Positions 1-8,708 of a stretch of 64,000 nucleotides of DNA are shown here, one piece after another. The notes below the pieces were generated by a model. That model was given only the letters and a program-made list of their open reading frames with translations, did not search any database and was not told where the DNA came from. The DNA comes from a virus: the IMG/VR virus record IMGVR_UViG_3300025784_000008; one strand, 5' to 3'. The translations under genes and the position numbers were made by a program. How positions within the stretch are numbered: the stretch's first letter is position 1; every line of letters begins with the position of its first letter.

Positions 1-195
1 CAGAACAGTGTTTCCCATCTGGACATCCCCAACTACGGTAAGCACCATGAAGGTGGCTTTGGCCTCGTCGACGGGCTTGCTCCGCCGGCGCCCATGGCAT
101 TCGCGGCTAAGGTCGCTCCTCCCGCCGACGTTGATTTCGCAGCAGGGGCAGGAGAGGAAGCGGACGGTCCTGGTTTTGATGAGCCTCAAGGTTGA
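1..195 (+). CDS. C-terminal fragment of a gene starting upstream of the window (frame 1 is open from base 1 to TGA at 193-195)
   Basis: Open frame running off the 5' edge. Composition is protein-like. No homology recognised. Confidence 0.25.
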   Translation, partial: QNSVSHLDIPNYGKHHEGGFGLVDGLAPPAPMAFAAKVAPPADVDFAAGAGEEADGPGFDEPQG

Positions 196-219
196 TTCTA
201 ACGCGAATGGAGCAGTAAT

Positions 220-726
220 ATGGCCGATGAGAACTCACCAGAAGGCAGGAGACGGATGAGATCGTTCAAGGAATACCTCAAGCAGTACAACGTCCTGAAG
301 GACGTCTTTGGCTGTCGAGACGCCACTCCAATCATGCTGCGTGCGGAGATCCTGAACAGCGTGAGCGGTGCTCCTTCCGTAGACAGCTCTGAGAACGAGA
401 TGCTGACCGAGATGGCGGCCATGCAGACCATCATCAAGAGCAGCATCATCGACCAGGCTACCTGGACCTGGTGGATCGGTGAGAACTGTCCGGACTACAC
501 CGACCGCAAGATAGAGATGTCACGTGGCGTCAACTTCGCTTCCGAGCACGGCTTCTCCTTCAGGTGCTTTGAGCGTAAGCACAATGCTCATCCTGAAAGG
601 GAAGTGTGGGAGTGCGTCGGAGAGGGTCAGACCGTCGTCGAGGCGGTTTACAGCGCCACCGTAACTGATCAGTTCGGAGAGGAGGGCGAGGCATGTCGTG
701 GAGGAGAAAGCCCGCAACAAGGGTAG
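220..726 (+). CDS. hypothetical protein
   Basis: 168-aa ORF with an ATG start. Composition is protein-like. Confidence 0.5.
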   Translation: MADENSPEGRRRMRSFKEYLKQYNVLKDVFGCRDATPIMLRAEILNSVSGAPSVDSSENEMLTEMAAMQTIIKSSIIDQATWTWWIGENCPDYTDRKIEMSRGVNFASEHGFSFRCFERKHNAHPEREVWECVGEGQTVVEAVYSATVTDQFGEEGEACRGGESPQQG

Positions 727-1106
727 AGCCTGGAAAGGTCTACGACGAAGTTCTCGGTGAAGAAGTGCCGACAGTCCTTCCAGTGGACCCCGCAGCCAAA
801 GAGATAACGACTTTCATCCTTCAGTCAGTGGCAGTCGAACACAACGTCCCGATTCACGCAATTCTCGGGAACCGCAGAAACAAGTCTACAGTAACGGCCA
901 GGCACGCCGCGGTGTACCTGGTCTACTCGTGGACAGCTCTGTCACTGGTATCCATAGGCAAGATTTTCGGCAGGGACCATTCCACCATCCACTCGACGCT
1001 GGATAAGATGGAGGCGGCAATGGAGCAGAAGATCACGGAGCAGATCGACAAGATGCTCGTGGTCGAAAGCAAGTTGATCGAGAAGTATCGAAAGCCCAAG
1101 GAGTAG
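693..1106 (+). CDS. DnaA domain-IV-like helix-turn-helix protein
   Basis: The C-terminal part ARHAAVYLVYSWTALSLVSIGKIFGRDHSTIHSTLDKME resembles the DnaA C-terminal DNA-binding domain, whose signature is R..A.YL.......S...IG..FG.RDHTTV. Confidence 0.5.
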   Translation: MSWRRKPATRVEPGKVYDEVLGEEVPTVLPVDPAAKEITTFILQSVAVEHNVPIHAILGNRRNKSTVTARHAAVYLVYSWTALSLVSIGKIFGRDHSTIHSTLDKMEAAMEQKITEQIDKMLVVESKLIEKYRKPKE

Positions 1107-1108
1107 TT

Positions 1109-1942
1109 ATGACTGTAGCTGCTGGTGCTGACGAGCCCAATCCCAAAGAACTGAAGGCTACTACCGGGAACACTTCAGGCATCAGCGGGAACATCACCAT
1201 CAATGGCGCCGGAGGAGCTTACCAGACGCACTTCGGTCCTTACTACCCAGGCGGTGTGGGCATTGGTTGGCCTGGCCACTGGCCGCCGCAGACGCCTGTC
1301 TTTCCGCCCCAGATTGGGCCCATCATTGGTCCTGGTATCTTGTTCCCTCCGGCGTCACCAACTGTCCTTCCTCCCAAGATCGAGCCCGTGGATTTCACAG
1401 GGACCGAGTTCTTCAAGGACTGGATGGAGCTTGTTGCGCGGTTCAAGGCCAGGGAGGAGTTGAAGGAGAAGGAAGAAGCAATGAAGGCAGAAACAGAGGT
1501 TTACAAGATCGCAGACAAGGACGAAACAGAAGAAGAGAAGAGACCGAGCTTCACCGAACAGATCATCTTCCTGTTCACCTGTCTGTACGAGATGTTCAAG
1601 CCGTTGGTGGTGTGGCCGGCGAAAGCAACCGTGGCTGTGGCCAAGTTGCCCGTGAAGGCCACCAAGCTCGCGGTACGTACAACCAAGCACGTGGCGCTGG
1701 TAATGATGCCGCCGTCGCTGTTCGCAACTGCAGTGATAATGACCATCACAGGTCCACGGTGGATCAAGTGGTGCTGTGACGTAGGTGGATGGCCGTACCT
1801 TCCACCTGGGCAAGGAGAGTGGTCCGGGTTCTACATCGGTGCAGTATTGTCGATCCTGGCCACAGGTATCTTTCTGATCTACCACGTGTTCCACCGCATT
1901 ATGGAGAGCAGGTGGTGGTGGCCCACCCCCAAGAAGGACTAG
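1109..1942 (+). CDS. proline-rich membrane protein
   Basis: Pro/Gly-rich N-terminal half. Hydrophobic helices in the C-terminal third. Confidence 0.5.
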   Translation: MTVAAGADEPNPKELKATTGNTSGISGNITINGAGGAYQTHFGPYYPGGVGIGWPGHWPPQTPVFPPQIGPIIGPGILFPPASPTVLPPKIEPVDFTGTEFFKDWMELVARFKAREELKEKEEAMKAETEVYKIADKDETEEEKRPSFTEQIIFLFTCLYEMFKPLVVWPAKATVAVAKLPVKATKLAVRTTKHVALVMMPPSLFATAVIMTITGPRWIKWCCDVGGWPYLPPGQGEWSGFYIGAVLSILATGIFLIYHVFHRIMESRWWWPTPKKD

Positions 1943-1945
1943 TTC

Positions 1946-2551
1946 ATGGAGCTGACGGACGACCGCCGCATCGCGGCTGGCGTTCTGTACTCCACCATCT
2001 TTCACCTGATGAAGCGTAATCCCACGGCCTTCGTGGCGAGCGGCGACATCAACAAGCTCAAAAAACTGGCGGAACAGAACGCCCTGAAGTACGAGCAGGA
2101 GCTCACTCAGGGTGAGCGTGAATACATTCTCCGGCTGGCCACCAAGATGGGTGAGACCATGGCCGAGAAAGCGAGGTTAGTTGGACAACTCCAAGATCAT
2201 TCAGGGCTTGGATCTGGCATCCCCGAACATGAACGAGCTGGGTCTCCTGGAGCTACAAAGAGTTCAGCAGATGACGTACTACCAGGAGCTCACGAATCGG
2301 ATGCAGAAGAAGGCCCGGAACATGTTTCTCCCGACGATGTACGTGGACACGGAGGGGGAGTTCGACCAGGAGATCCTGGAGAAGCTGGGCCTCAAGAGGG
2401 AGCCGGATCCGGGGATGCACGACGTCAGGGAGCTTATGACCCTGACCGGGCGCTACACTCCTGCCTTACCGAGCTGTATAGGCTTTCCGAAGTTCAACTC
2501 AAGTTCATTACCGAAGTCATCGATCGAATCAACTCATTCAACTCTCAATGA
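1946..2551 (+). CDS. hypothetical protein; only residues 1-80 look genuine, and the distal part is low-complexity (possible frameshift, see findings)
   Basis: ORF in frame 2. It overlaps the frame-0 ORF that is open from 2181. Confidence 0.3.
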   Translation: MELTDDRRIAAGVLYSTIFHLMKRNPTAFVASGDINKLKKLAEQNALKYEQELTQGEREYILRLATKMGETMAEKARLVGQLQDHSGLGSGIPEHERAGSPGATKSSADDVLPGAHESDAEEGPEHVSPDDVRGHGGGVRPGDPGEAGPQEGAGSGDARRQGAYDPDRALHSCLTELYRLSEVQLKFITEVIDRINSFNSQ

Positions 2552-3350
2552 AGAAGGAACGGAGATCATGCACTCTCCTGCGATGTTTCGAAAGTTTGCC
2601 GTGAACGTGCGGCCGGCCACACATCAGGACAAGGAGAAGCTCTACTCGACGATAACTGACAGCTATCCCGAGTATAAAAAGGGGGAGGCAGACCCTGGTG
2701 TCAACCAAGTGCCGTTGTCGGGGGACTGGAGCGGCGCACACCTCCCCCTTGACACCTTGATGCCTCTGTTGGTGTTTGAGTTTGTGGGTGACCTCAAAGA
2801 AGCGTCTCTGATTCTGATGGGGACCACATCGACCAACAACATGGCTCAGAAGAACGCGAAATTCGCCTTCCAGTTCTTCCACCTTCACAAATCGCACTAC
2901 GGACAGCCCTTGACTTGTCCCGTGCTCAGTAGATACGACAGCCAGCTGAGCCACATCAAAAACGACTTGCGTCGCGCTCTTCACGCCCGTGATCCTGAAA
3001 ACAACAACTTCTCTCAGTGGTACGTGAAATGGGACAAAGTGGTCGAGGCGTTCGCCGATAAAGGCCTGGAGGGCATCTACCCGACCAAGAAAGAAATGGA
3101 CATGTTCAGGAGGCGGGTCAAGCCGTTATCCTCGGAGCAGCCTTTCAGGTCTTGCCAGGTTTTGGTCGGCTACTTGTTCGCCGAGATGTTCCTGATGAAC
3201 AAAGATCGCGGTTTCTGGCCTAAGGATGTGAACACCCTGGTTTACCATAAGCTGTTCAAGGCCCTTGTTGGCCATCGGTTTATGGTCGGTCATGCTCAGC
3301 AGGAAGACTGGTGGGCCTACCCTTCGGTTGGGGAACTTGTCTTCGTCTAG
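2229..3350 (+). CDS. hypothetical protein
   Basis: Long frame-0 ORF open from 2181 (TTG). The first ATG is at 2229. Confidence 0.5.
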   Translation: MNELGLLELQRVQQMTYYQELTNRMQKKARNMFLPTMYVDTEGEFDQEILEKLGLKREPDPGMHDVRELMTLTGRYTPALPSCIGFPKFNSSSLPKSSIESTHSTLNEEGTEIMHSPAMFRKFAVNVRPATHQDKEKLYSTITDSYPEYKKGEADPGVNQVPLSGDWSGAHLPLDTLMPLLVFEFVGDLKEASLILMGTTSTNNMAQKNAKFAFQFFHLHKSHYGQPLTCPVLSRYDSQLSHIKNDLRRALHARDPENNNFSQWYVKWDKVVEAFADKGLEGIYPTKKEMDMFRRRVKPLSSEQPFRSCQVLVGYLFAEMFLMNKDRGFWPKDVNTLVYHKLFKALVGHRFMVGHAQQEDWWAYPSVGELVFV

Positions 3351-3359
3351 GAAGTACCC

Positions 3360-4001
3360 ATGTCTGAAACCAACTCTCGTCTGGCCACCGACCAGCTACC
3401 CCTCGTGCTCAGGAAGGTGGCCAGCGAGATGGAGTCAATCGTCTTCGGCATGGCCGAAGACAACTGTGTGGCGCCGGTACTTGTGCTGGCGAACGACCTG
3501 GGCGATGCCCAGGTCTTTTTACTCCGGGACGTTTGTGACACGGATAGGGAGCAGCATCTTCGTGAGTGTGTTCAGGAGTACAAAAAAGATCATCGTTTGG
3601 TGGCCTTGTGTGTAGCTGTAGAAGCGTGGATGTGTGACGAGATCAGCTTCCGGGAGTACATGAATCTGGACATACAGGCGGCGATAGAGCACCTGGTCGC
3701 AACAGGAGTAGACGAGGAGGCAGCTCCGGCCATCGCCAGCCACGTCATACAGGACCTGATCATGAGCACCGCACACATGTACCATTCGCTGTACGGCGAC
3801 TTGTCGTTGTTCCCGGCCTCCTACGAGGGTATCCCCTTGCGAATGGAGTCGATCTGGGGAGTGCATCAGCGCAGGGCCAAGATCATTCGAGGGATAGACG
3901 ATATGCGGCTTGAGTTTGATGACGGCTGGCGAATCCTCGCTGAGCCAGGCGGTCCAGGTTCGTACACGGATCTACTGCAGCTAGAGCCGCCAACCTCCTA
4001 A
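3360..4001 (+). CDS. hypothetical protein
   Basis: 213-aa ORF. AGTACCC sits upstream of the ATG. Confidence 0.55.
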   Translation: MSETNSRLATDQLPLVLRKVASEMESIVFGMAEDNCVAPVLVLANDLGDAQVFLLRDVCDTDREQHLRECVQEYKKDHRLVALCVAVEAWMCDEISFREYMNLDIQAAIEHLVATGVDEEAAPAIASHVIQDLIMSTAHMYHSLYGDLSLFPASYEGIPLRMESIWGVHQRRAKIIRGIDDMRLEFDDGWRILAEPGGPGSYTDLLQLEPPTS

Positions 4002-4011
4002 GAGGACAATC

Positions 4012-4506
4012 ATGTCAATCATTCATCCGAAGTCCCTGTACAAGGGACCGAGTGCCCCGTTGCTTCAGGAGGCGAGGCACCAGTACGATTATTTCGATGG
4101 CTTTGTGGAGCCGTGGACAGAGCGTGACGTGGCCTTGGCCGAGCCTGACTCCATGACAGGCATAAAAGCTCCCATCGTAATCCTGGTTCATAAGAATAAG
4201 CGTTACCGGTACCGGCAGGGAACGTACCTGACCCCGGAGGATAGGATCCGGGTAGCCTCGACCAGGGCACTTTCTGCTGTGAGCGATTCTGGCGCCCCGC
4301 CTAATTTCTTCATCTGTGCGGTTTCAGCGGCGATCTGCCGGCTGAAAGGTTACGGCGAGAGCACCTGGGGCCGGGATTGGGGTCTGGGCGGGATCGATAT
4401 GGACGTGCTCACCAGAAAGATGGAGCTGATCCTGAGGGGTGAGGTCTCAGTGGAGTATTGGTGGAACTTGCCGTTAGTCAAACCGATTCAAATCGTCAAC
4501 TCCTAA
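4012..4506 (+). CDS. hypothetical protein
   Basis: 164-aa ORF, tightly packed against its neighbours. Confidence 0.5.
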   Translation: MSIIHPKSLYKGPSAPLLQEARHQYDYFDGFVEPWTERDVALAEPDSMTGIKAPIVILVHKNKRYRYRQGTYLTPEDRIRVASTRALSAVSDSGAPPNFFICAVSAAICRLKGYGESTWGRDWGLGGIDMDVLTRKMELILRGEVSVEYWWNLPLVKPIQIVNS

Positions 4507-4520
4507 AGAAGGGAGGCATT

Positions 4521-5090
4521 GTGGCTGTAGTGAAGAAGAAAGTGCCGGACAAGAAGAAGGTTGAGTTGGTAGAGAAGTTCAGCAGTGGTCCAACTTACAA
4601 AGGACCGCGGGTCGAGGTAGTATTTCCCTGGGCCTACGTCGAATACACGATCATCATCGAGCCCTGGAAGCAGAAAGACATCGACGCTCGCGACACCGTG
4701 AAGACCGGCACACCGTTATTCGTCGTGACACGACTCGATGGCGATGGGTACCCCTACCGTTCTACCGGGTACGCACTGTTGAAGACCACGATCAGGGAGT
4801 ATTCCATCCGCGAAGGTCGCCACGGCTGGAGAGAGCCTGATCTCACCAGCATAGGTAATGTTGTGGCTCAGATATGGGTGTGCGCAACCGTTCCAGATCA
4901 TCCGCTTGTGATGAGAGACCTGGCGAGACGAACCAAGTCATCCCAGTACGAGAAGGTGCGGGAGGCACTGAAACAGCGGTTCCATATCTTCGGCGGGGTA
5001 GGCGAGTGGTGGCGCTCCGGCCGGATGAAAGAGCTCAAGATCTTCGACGGCGAACCGGTCAAAGCCAAGAGGAGGAAAAAGTGGGTGTAG
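4521..5090 (+). CDS. hypothetical basic protein
   Basis: GTG start at 4521 preceded by GAAGGGAGG. The N- and C-termini are lysine-rich. Confidence 0.45.
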   Translation: MAVVKKKVPDKKKVELVEKFSSGPTYKGPRVEVVFPWAYVEYTIIIEPWKQKDIDARDTVKTGTPLFVVTRLDGDGYPYRSTGYALLKTTIREYSIREGRHGWREPDLTSIGNVVAQIWVCATVPDHPLVMRDLARRTKSSQYEKVREALKQRFHIFGGVGEWWRSGRMKELKIFDGEPVKAKRRKKWV

Positions 5091-5575
5091 CTGAACCGCA
5101 CATCGAGTATCGGAGCTACAAAGGTCCACCACGGATTATCACCCTCCCCTACTTCAAAATCAGTGACCTCCCACCTATGGAAGGACTTCAGGTGGAGATC
5201 CGAGAGTGGACTTCAGAGGACACAGACCATGTGAAACGGGCTGGGTGGTACGACCACAAGATTCATCCGTTACTGGTCGTCAAGGGACACGACTATCCCA
5301 GCGGGGGCAGCTACCGGATGTTCGTTTACCAGGGGGGTCTCAAAGCTTCGGGGGACCTTAATACGTCCGCTGACCCGTACTACATCCAGTGGGTGGTCGG
5401 GACTTCCTGGCTGTCTATCTGGAACCCGGACACTCCCCCTAGCCGCGGTATACAGGGCTGGCTGAGGGAGATAAGGATTGACCTCAATCTGATGCGTTCG
5501 ATACTGGGCGCACTTCCTGAAGAATGGTGGACCTTCCGATCCGTCAGTGAACTGAAGATCGTTTCGAGGTTGTGA
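5081..5575 (+). CDS. hypothetical protein
   Basis: GTG start at 5081 preceded by AGGAGG. Confidence 0.45.
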   Translation: MGVAEPHIEYRSYKGPPRIITLPYFKISDLPPMEGLQVEIREWTSEDTDHVKRAGWYDHKIHPLLVVKGHDYPSGGSYRMFVYQGGLKASGDLNTSADPYYIQWVVGTSWLSIWNPDTPPSRGIQGWLREIRIDLNLMRSILGALPEEWWTFRSVSELKIVSRL

Positions 5576-5961
5576 TGACCGATCCCTCGCCCAAGAAGAG
5601 AAAGAAGTGGAAGGGCGGGAAGAAGAACCTCAAGGCCAACCGCTGGAGAAAGCAGGGACGTGCCTGCGCGTACTGCAAACGTCCAATGCCACTGGCTCAC
5701 GCCACTCTTGATCACGTGTTTCCGCGGTCGAAGTCCAAGCATGAGAACCCTGACCGGGACGATAATCTCATCGTGGCTTGCTTCTTCTGCAACAACACAC
5801 GCGGAGACATGGAGTTCGTCGCTTTCCTGAAGTTGATTGAACAGCTGAAGGCGGACAACAAGCTCGGCCCAACTTGGCACCTGAACAAGACAAAGTTACG
5901 AAAGACCTTGGGCTTAGCGAAACGTTTGGCCGATATGAGGTATCGACCTTTTCCGCACTGA
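5572..5961 (+). CDS. HNH endonuclease
   Basis: CAYCKRPMP...LDHVFPRSK...N...ACFFCNNTRGD gives a C-x2-C ... DH ... N ... C-x2-C-N HNH signature. Confidence 0.75.
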   Translation: MMTDPSPKKRKKWKGGKKNLKANRWRKQGRACAYCKRPMPLAHATLDHVFPRSKSKHENPDRDDNLIVACFFCNNTRGDMEFVAFLKLIEQLKADNKLGPTWHLNKTKLRKTLGLAKRLADMRYRPFPH

Positions 5962-5983
5962 TGGCTACAGAGTCTGCGACCAC
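5962..5983. repeat. dyad element, copy 1 (degenerate: TGGCTACAGAGTCTGCGACCAC)
   Basis: Matches the dispersed palindrome family. Confidence 0.6.
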
Positions 5984-5984
5984 A

Positions 5985-6034
5985 GCAGAAGGGCACCCTC
6001 GTCAGGAATCGAGGGTGCCCTAAGTCTGCTTTTT
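5985..6034 (+). terminator. rho-independent terminator
   Basis: GCAGAAGGGCACCCTCG...CGAGGGTGCCCTAAGTCTGC stem followed by T6. Confidence 0.6.
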
Positions 6035-6035
6035 T

Positions 6036-6051
6036 ACGGCCTAAGCAGATG
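6036..6051 (+). promoter_or_regulatory. conserved ACGGCCTAAG motif upstream of gene 6083
   Basis: ACGGCCTAAGCAGATG directly follows the terminator T-run, 32 nt before the GTG. Confidence 0.4.
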
Positions 6052-6082
6052 TAGCCTTTTCTATTAGAAATGGAGGTTGTTC

Positions 6083-6544
6083 GTGTCTAACAAGAAAGAA
6101 GCCCCCGCCCCGGAGGGGGAACCGAAAGCCAAGCTTCCCCCCGATGTCGAGCAGTTCATCAACGACGAGATCAGCTATCTGCGGAAGATGGGCCTGGCCG
6201 GCGATCTTGAGGTCATGGCGGAGAGGGCGATGGAGCGCCTGAACCGCAAACATGAAGAGCTCAGGGACCTCGAATCCGAGCTCGACATCGTTGAGTACGA
6301 CATCAAGCAGAAGGACAAGGTCATTGACGAGTGGTGCAAGCCCCACCGCAAGATCCTGAGCCGGCTGCTGGTACTGGTCTTCAAGATCCGCAAGCCCTTC
6401 GACAAGTACTACGACGAGTTCGAAGAGCTGAAGAAAAAGAAGACCATCCTGGAGGCTCGTCGGGGAGCCCTTCTCGATGAGATTGATTCCGAAACCGATC
6501 TGGCCAAACGCGCAGCTGCGTGCCGCCGGGCAATGACCAGGTAG
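6083..6544 (+). CDS. coiled-coil protein
   Basis: GTG start at 6083, six nt after GGAGG. Charged heptad-like sequence. Confidence 0.55.
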   Translation: MSNKKEAPAPEGEPKAKLPPDVEQFINDEISYLRKMGLAGDLEVMAERAMERLNRKHEELRDLESELDIVEYDIKQKDKVIDEWCKPHRKILSRLLVLVFKIRKPFDKYYDEFEELKKKKTILEARRGALLDEIDSETDLAKRAAACRRAMTR

Positions 6545-6554
6545 GAGAACAATC

Positions 6555-7370
6555 ATGGGTCGTTTGACTGTCCACGTTCCTTTCAACGTGGGAGACCTTG
6601 TATTTGCTGCTGGTGTTGATGAACACCAGTACACCTGTGAGTGCGCGATGTGCAGCGGGTACGGCACCCTCAAAATACCGGAGGGCACGAAAGTCATAGG
6701 GGCCGAGGAAGAGGAAGGAGACTGGCTCGCAGACGACGAGGCAGAGTGCCCTGCTTGCGAAGGCTACGGCTCAGATGACGAGGAGGTTGAGATCCTGTTC
6801 CCGTGCCTGGTTGGCCGAATCTCGCGCATCACAGCTGACGTAACCGCGGATCTCGACGAAGAGAGTCCCGACGAGTACGAAGAGGTAATGGTAGGCATCC
6901 GTCACCTTGCCGTCGCTAACCTTGACGGAGAGTCCGAGATGTCGATGACCGAACAGATGATTCGGTTCTACCACGCACTCAAGGCCGGCGAGATCATGGA
7001 CTTCAACACCGTGGTCAAAGGATCACCCACCACGGTGAGGGTGGACCGCATTCACAAGACCTACAAGCAGCTGTGTGAATACGTCTTGAAGGAGAACCTG
7101 GAAACCTTCAAGAAGATCCACGAGGATCTGACCAACCAGGAATACGAGATTCCGACCGTGGACCGGATGGGCGCCATCCACGTCTGCAACGAAATCGTGG
7201 CCATCCAGGACATGATCCTGGGCATCTACCCGGAGCTCGCAAAGCTCACCCCCGGCTACAAGGCCAAAGGCAAGAAGACCAACAAGAAGACCGAAGGGAA
7301 GACGGAGAAGAAGCCGAACGAGGCCCTCATGGCTCTGTCTTCTGTAGAGGTCGAGGAGGCACTGTTTTGA
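6555..7370 (+). CDS. zinc-finger protein, CxxCxGxG paralog 1
   Basis: CAMCSGYG and CPACEGYG motifs. Acidic C-terminal half. Confidence 0.6.
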   Translation: MGRLTVHVPFNVGDLVFAAGVDEHQYTCECAMCSGYGTLKIPEGTKVIGAEEEEGDWLADDEAECPACEGYGSDDEEVEILFPCLVGRISRITADVTADLDEESPDEYEEVMVGIRHLAVANLDGESEMSMTEQMIRFYHALKAGEIMDFNTVVKGSPTTVRVDRIHKTYKQLCEYVLKENLETFKKIHEDLTNQEYEIPTVDRMGAIHVCNEIVAIQDMILGIYPELAKLTPGYKAKGKKTNKKTEGKTEKKPNEALMALSSVEVEEALF

Positions 7371-7948
7371 ACATCCAAGACGTCAAGCCAGGCGATCGGG
7401 TCTGGCTGATTCGAAAAGGCCTGTCAGTTGGGATCAAGCTGGTATGTCCTGATTGTCGTGGTGTAGGGTTCGCGGGAGACATCATGATCCCCTGCAACAC
7501 CTGCGATGGCTATGAGTACATCCGCAAAGAGGTTCCCACCTTCGAGGTCGTTGGCGCTGTGAAGGTGCGCTCGGTGACGCACACCGGTGAACATGACGAC
7601 CCGGTCGTCGAGATTCTGAGGCCGCCGCTCTTCCTGTTGGATGCCTACGGGAACAACGTGATCGAGATGTGCAAGGATTACTGGGACGACTTCGAGAAGG
7701 GCAGGTCCCACGCAGGAGCCTACCCGCAGACAATCCGAGACCTCAGCCATCTGACGCTCACCTACGAAGAGGCCATCGAGCGTGCCAACGAGCTGACCAA
7801 CTACCACATTCAGGACGCCTGTGACCAGGAGAAGACCGTACTCTATGACCGCCCGGAAGATGTATTCAGGCAGACGGCCGTTGGTCAGGCCCAGGCAGAC
7901 ACGGTTGAGATCTTCAAGGAAACAGCGATCGAAGAAGCCCTTTGTTAG
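7367..7948 (+). CDS. zinc-finger protein, CxxCxGxG paralog 2
   Basis: CPDCRGVG and CNTCDGYE motifs. Its start overlaps the stop of the preceding gene. Confidence 0.6.
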   Translation: MNIQDVKPGDRVWLIRKGLSVGIKLVCPDCRGVGFAGDIMIPCNTCDGYEYIRKEVPTFEVVGAVKVRSVTHTGEHDDPVVEILRPPLFLLDAYGNNVIEMCKDYWDDFEKGRSHAGAYPQTIRDLSHLTLTYEEAIERANELTNYHIQDACDQEKTVLYDRPEDVFRQTAVGQAQADTVEIFKETAIEEALC

Positions 7949-7958
7949 GAGAAAGGTG

Positions 7959-8699
7959 ATGTCAATACGTGGAAGGCGGAGAAACTCCGACCATCAGAGA
8001 TACACCTCGTACTTCATGAAGCAGCACGTTCACATGATCGCTCCTCGGACAAAGAGCGTGTCGATCGACTGCAACACCTGTCACGGCACGGGCACGGATG
8101 GGTACTTCCAGCCGTGCTCCGAGTGTGACGGTGACGGCAAGAAGACCTACAACCTCACCCTGTACGAGTATGTCGGTGACGTGGAGATCGCCGGCTGCTC
8201 GGTCACCGCGGGAGGGAAGACCTACAGCGTTCGCTACTTCGATCTGTTCCACATTCCAGAGATGGTTCGAGCAGAGGAGTCGAAGCGGCGTTGGGATGCC
8301 ATTGATGTAGGCCGCCGGCCTATGTCCGACGCCAACTGGTCCAGCAACATACCTGAGGACTGTCTGTTCTCATCCATCGGTCTCGCAATGGACGTCGCTT
8401 ACGAGAACAACCTGGACATCCTCCAGGGTTTCACCAAGACGCAGGCGTTGGCCATACTCAAGTTGTTCGACGAGCATGAATCGTCAACCGCTACTCCATC
8501 GGTTGACTCTTCTGGCGCCTTGGTTCCGAAGGAGCTGCTGAGTGATCCTCCGGAGACGGTGGAGATGACGCTGGGTGAATACCCGATGCTCACGTTTGAA
8601 ACCTACTCACAGTCGATGCAAGGCAATGACCGCATCGTTACCGAGTCTGACTTCCGCAAGCGGCACGCTGACGTGAAGATCGAGACCGCTTTGACCTGA
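7959..8699 (+). CDS. zinc-finger protein, CxxCxGxG paralog 3
   Basis: ATG at 7959 after AGGAGAAAGG. CNTCHGTG and CSECDGDG motifs. Confidence 0.6.
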   Translation: MSIRGRRRNSDHQRYTSYFMKQHVHMIAPRTKSVSIDCNTCHGTGTDGYFQPCSECDGDGKKTYNLTLYEYVGDVEIAGCSVTAGGKTYSVRYFDLFHIPEMVRAEESKRRWDAIDVGRRPMSDANWSSNIPEDCLFSSIGLAMDVAYENNLDILQGFTKTQALAILKLFDEHESSTATPSVDSSGALVPKELLSDPPETVEMTLGEYPMLTFETYSQSMQGNDRIVTESDFRKRHADVKIETALT

Positions 8700-8708
8700 G
8701 GAGAGAAC

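Noticed and set aside
1203-2005. Several alternative-frame ORFs (1203-1463, 1267-1779, and 1355-2005 on the minus strand)
   Set aside because: They overlap the better-supported ORF at 1109-1942. Their Arg/Gly/Pro-rich composition is typical of off-frame translation.
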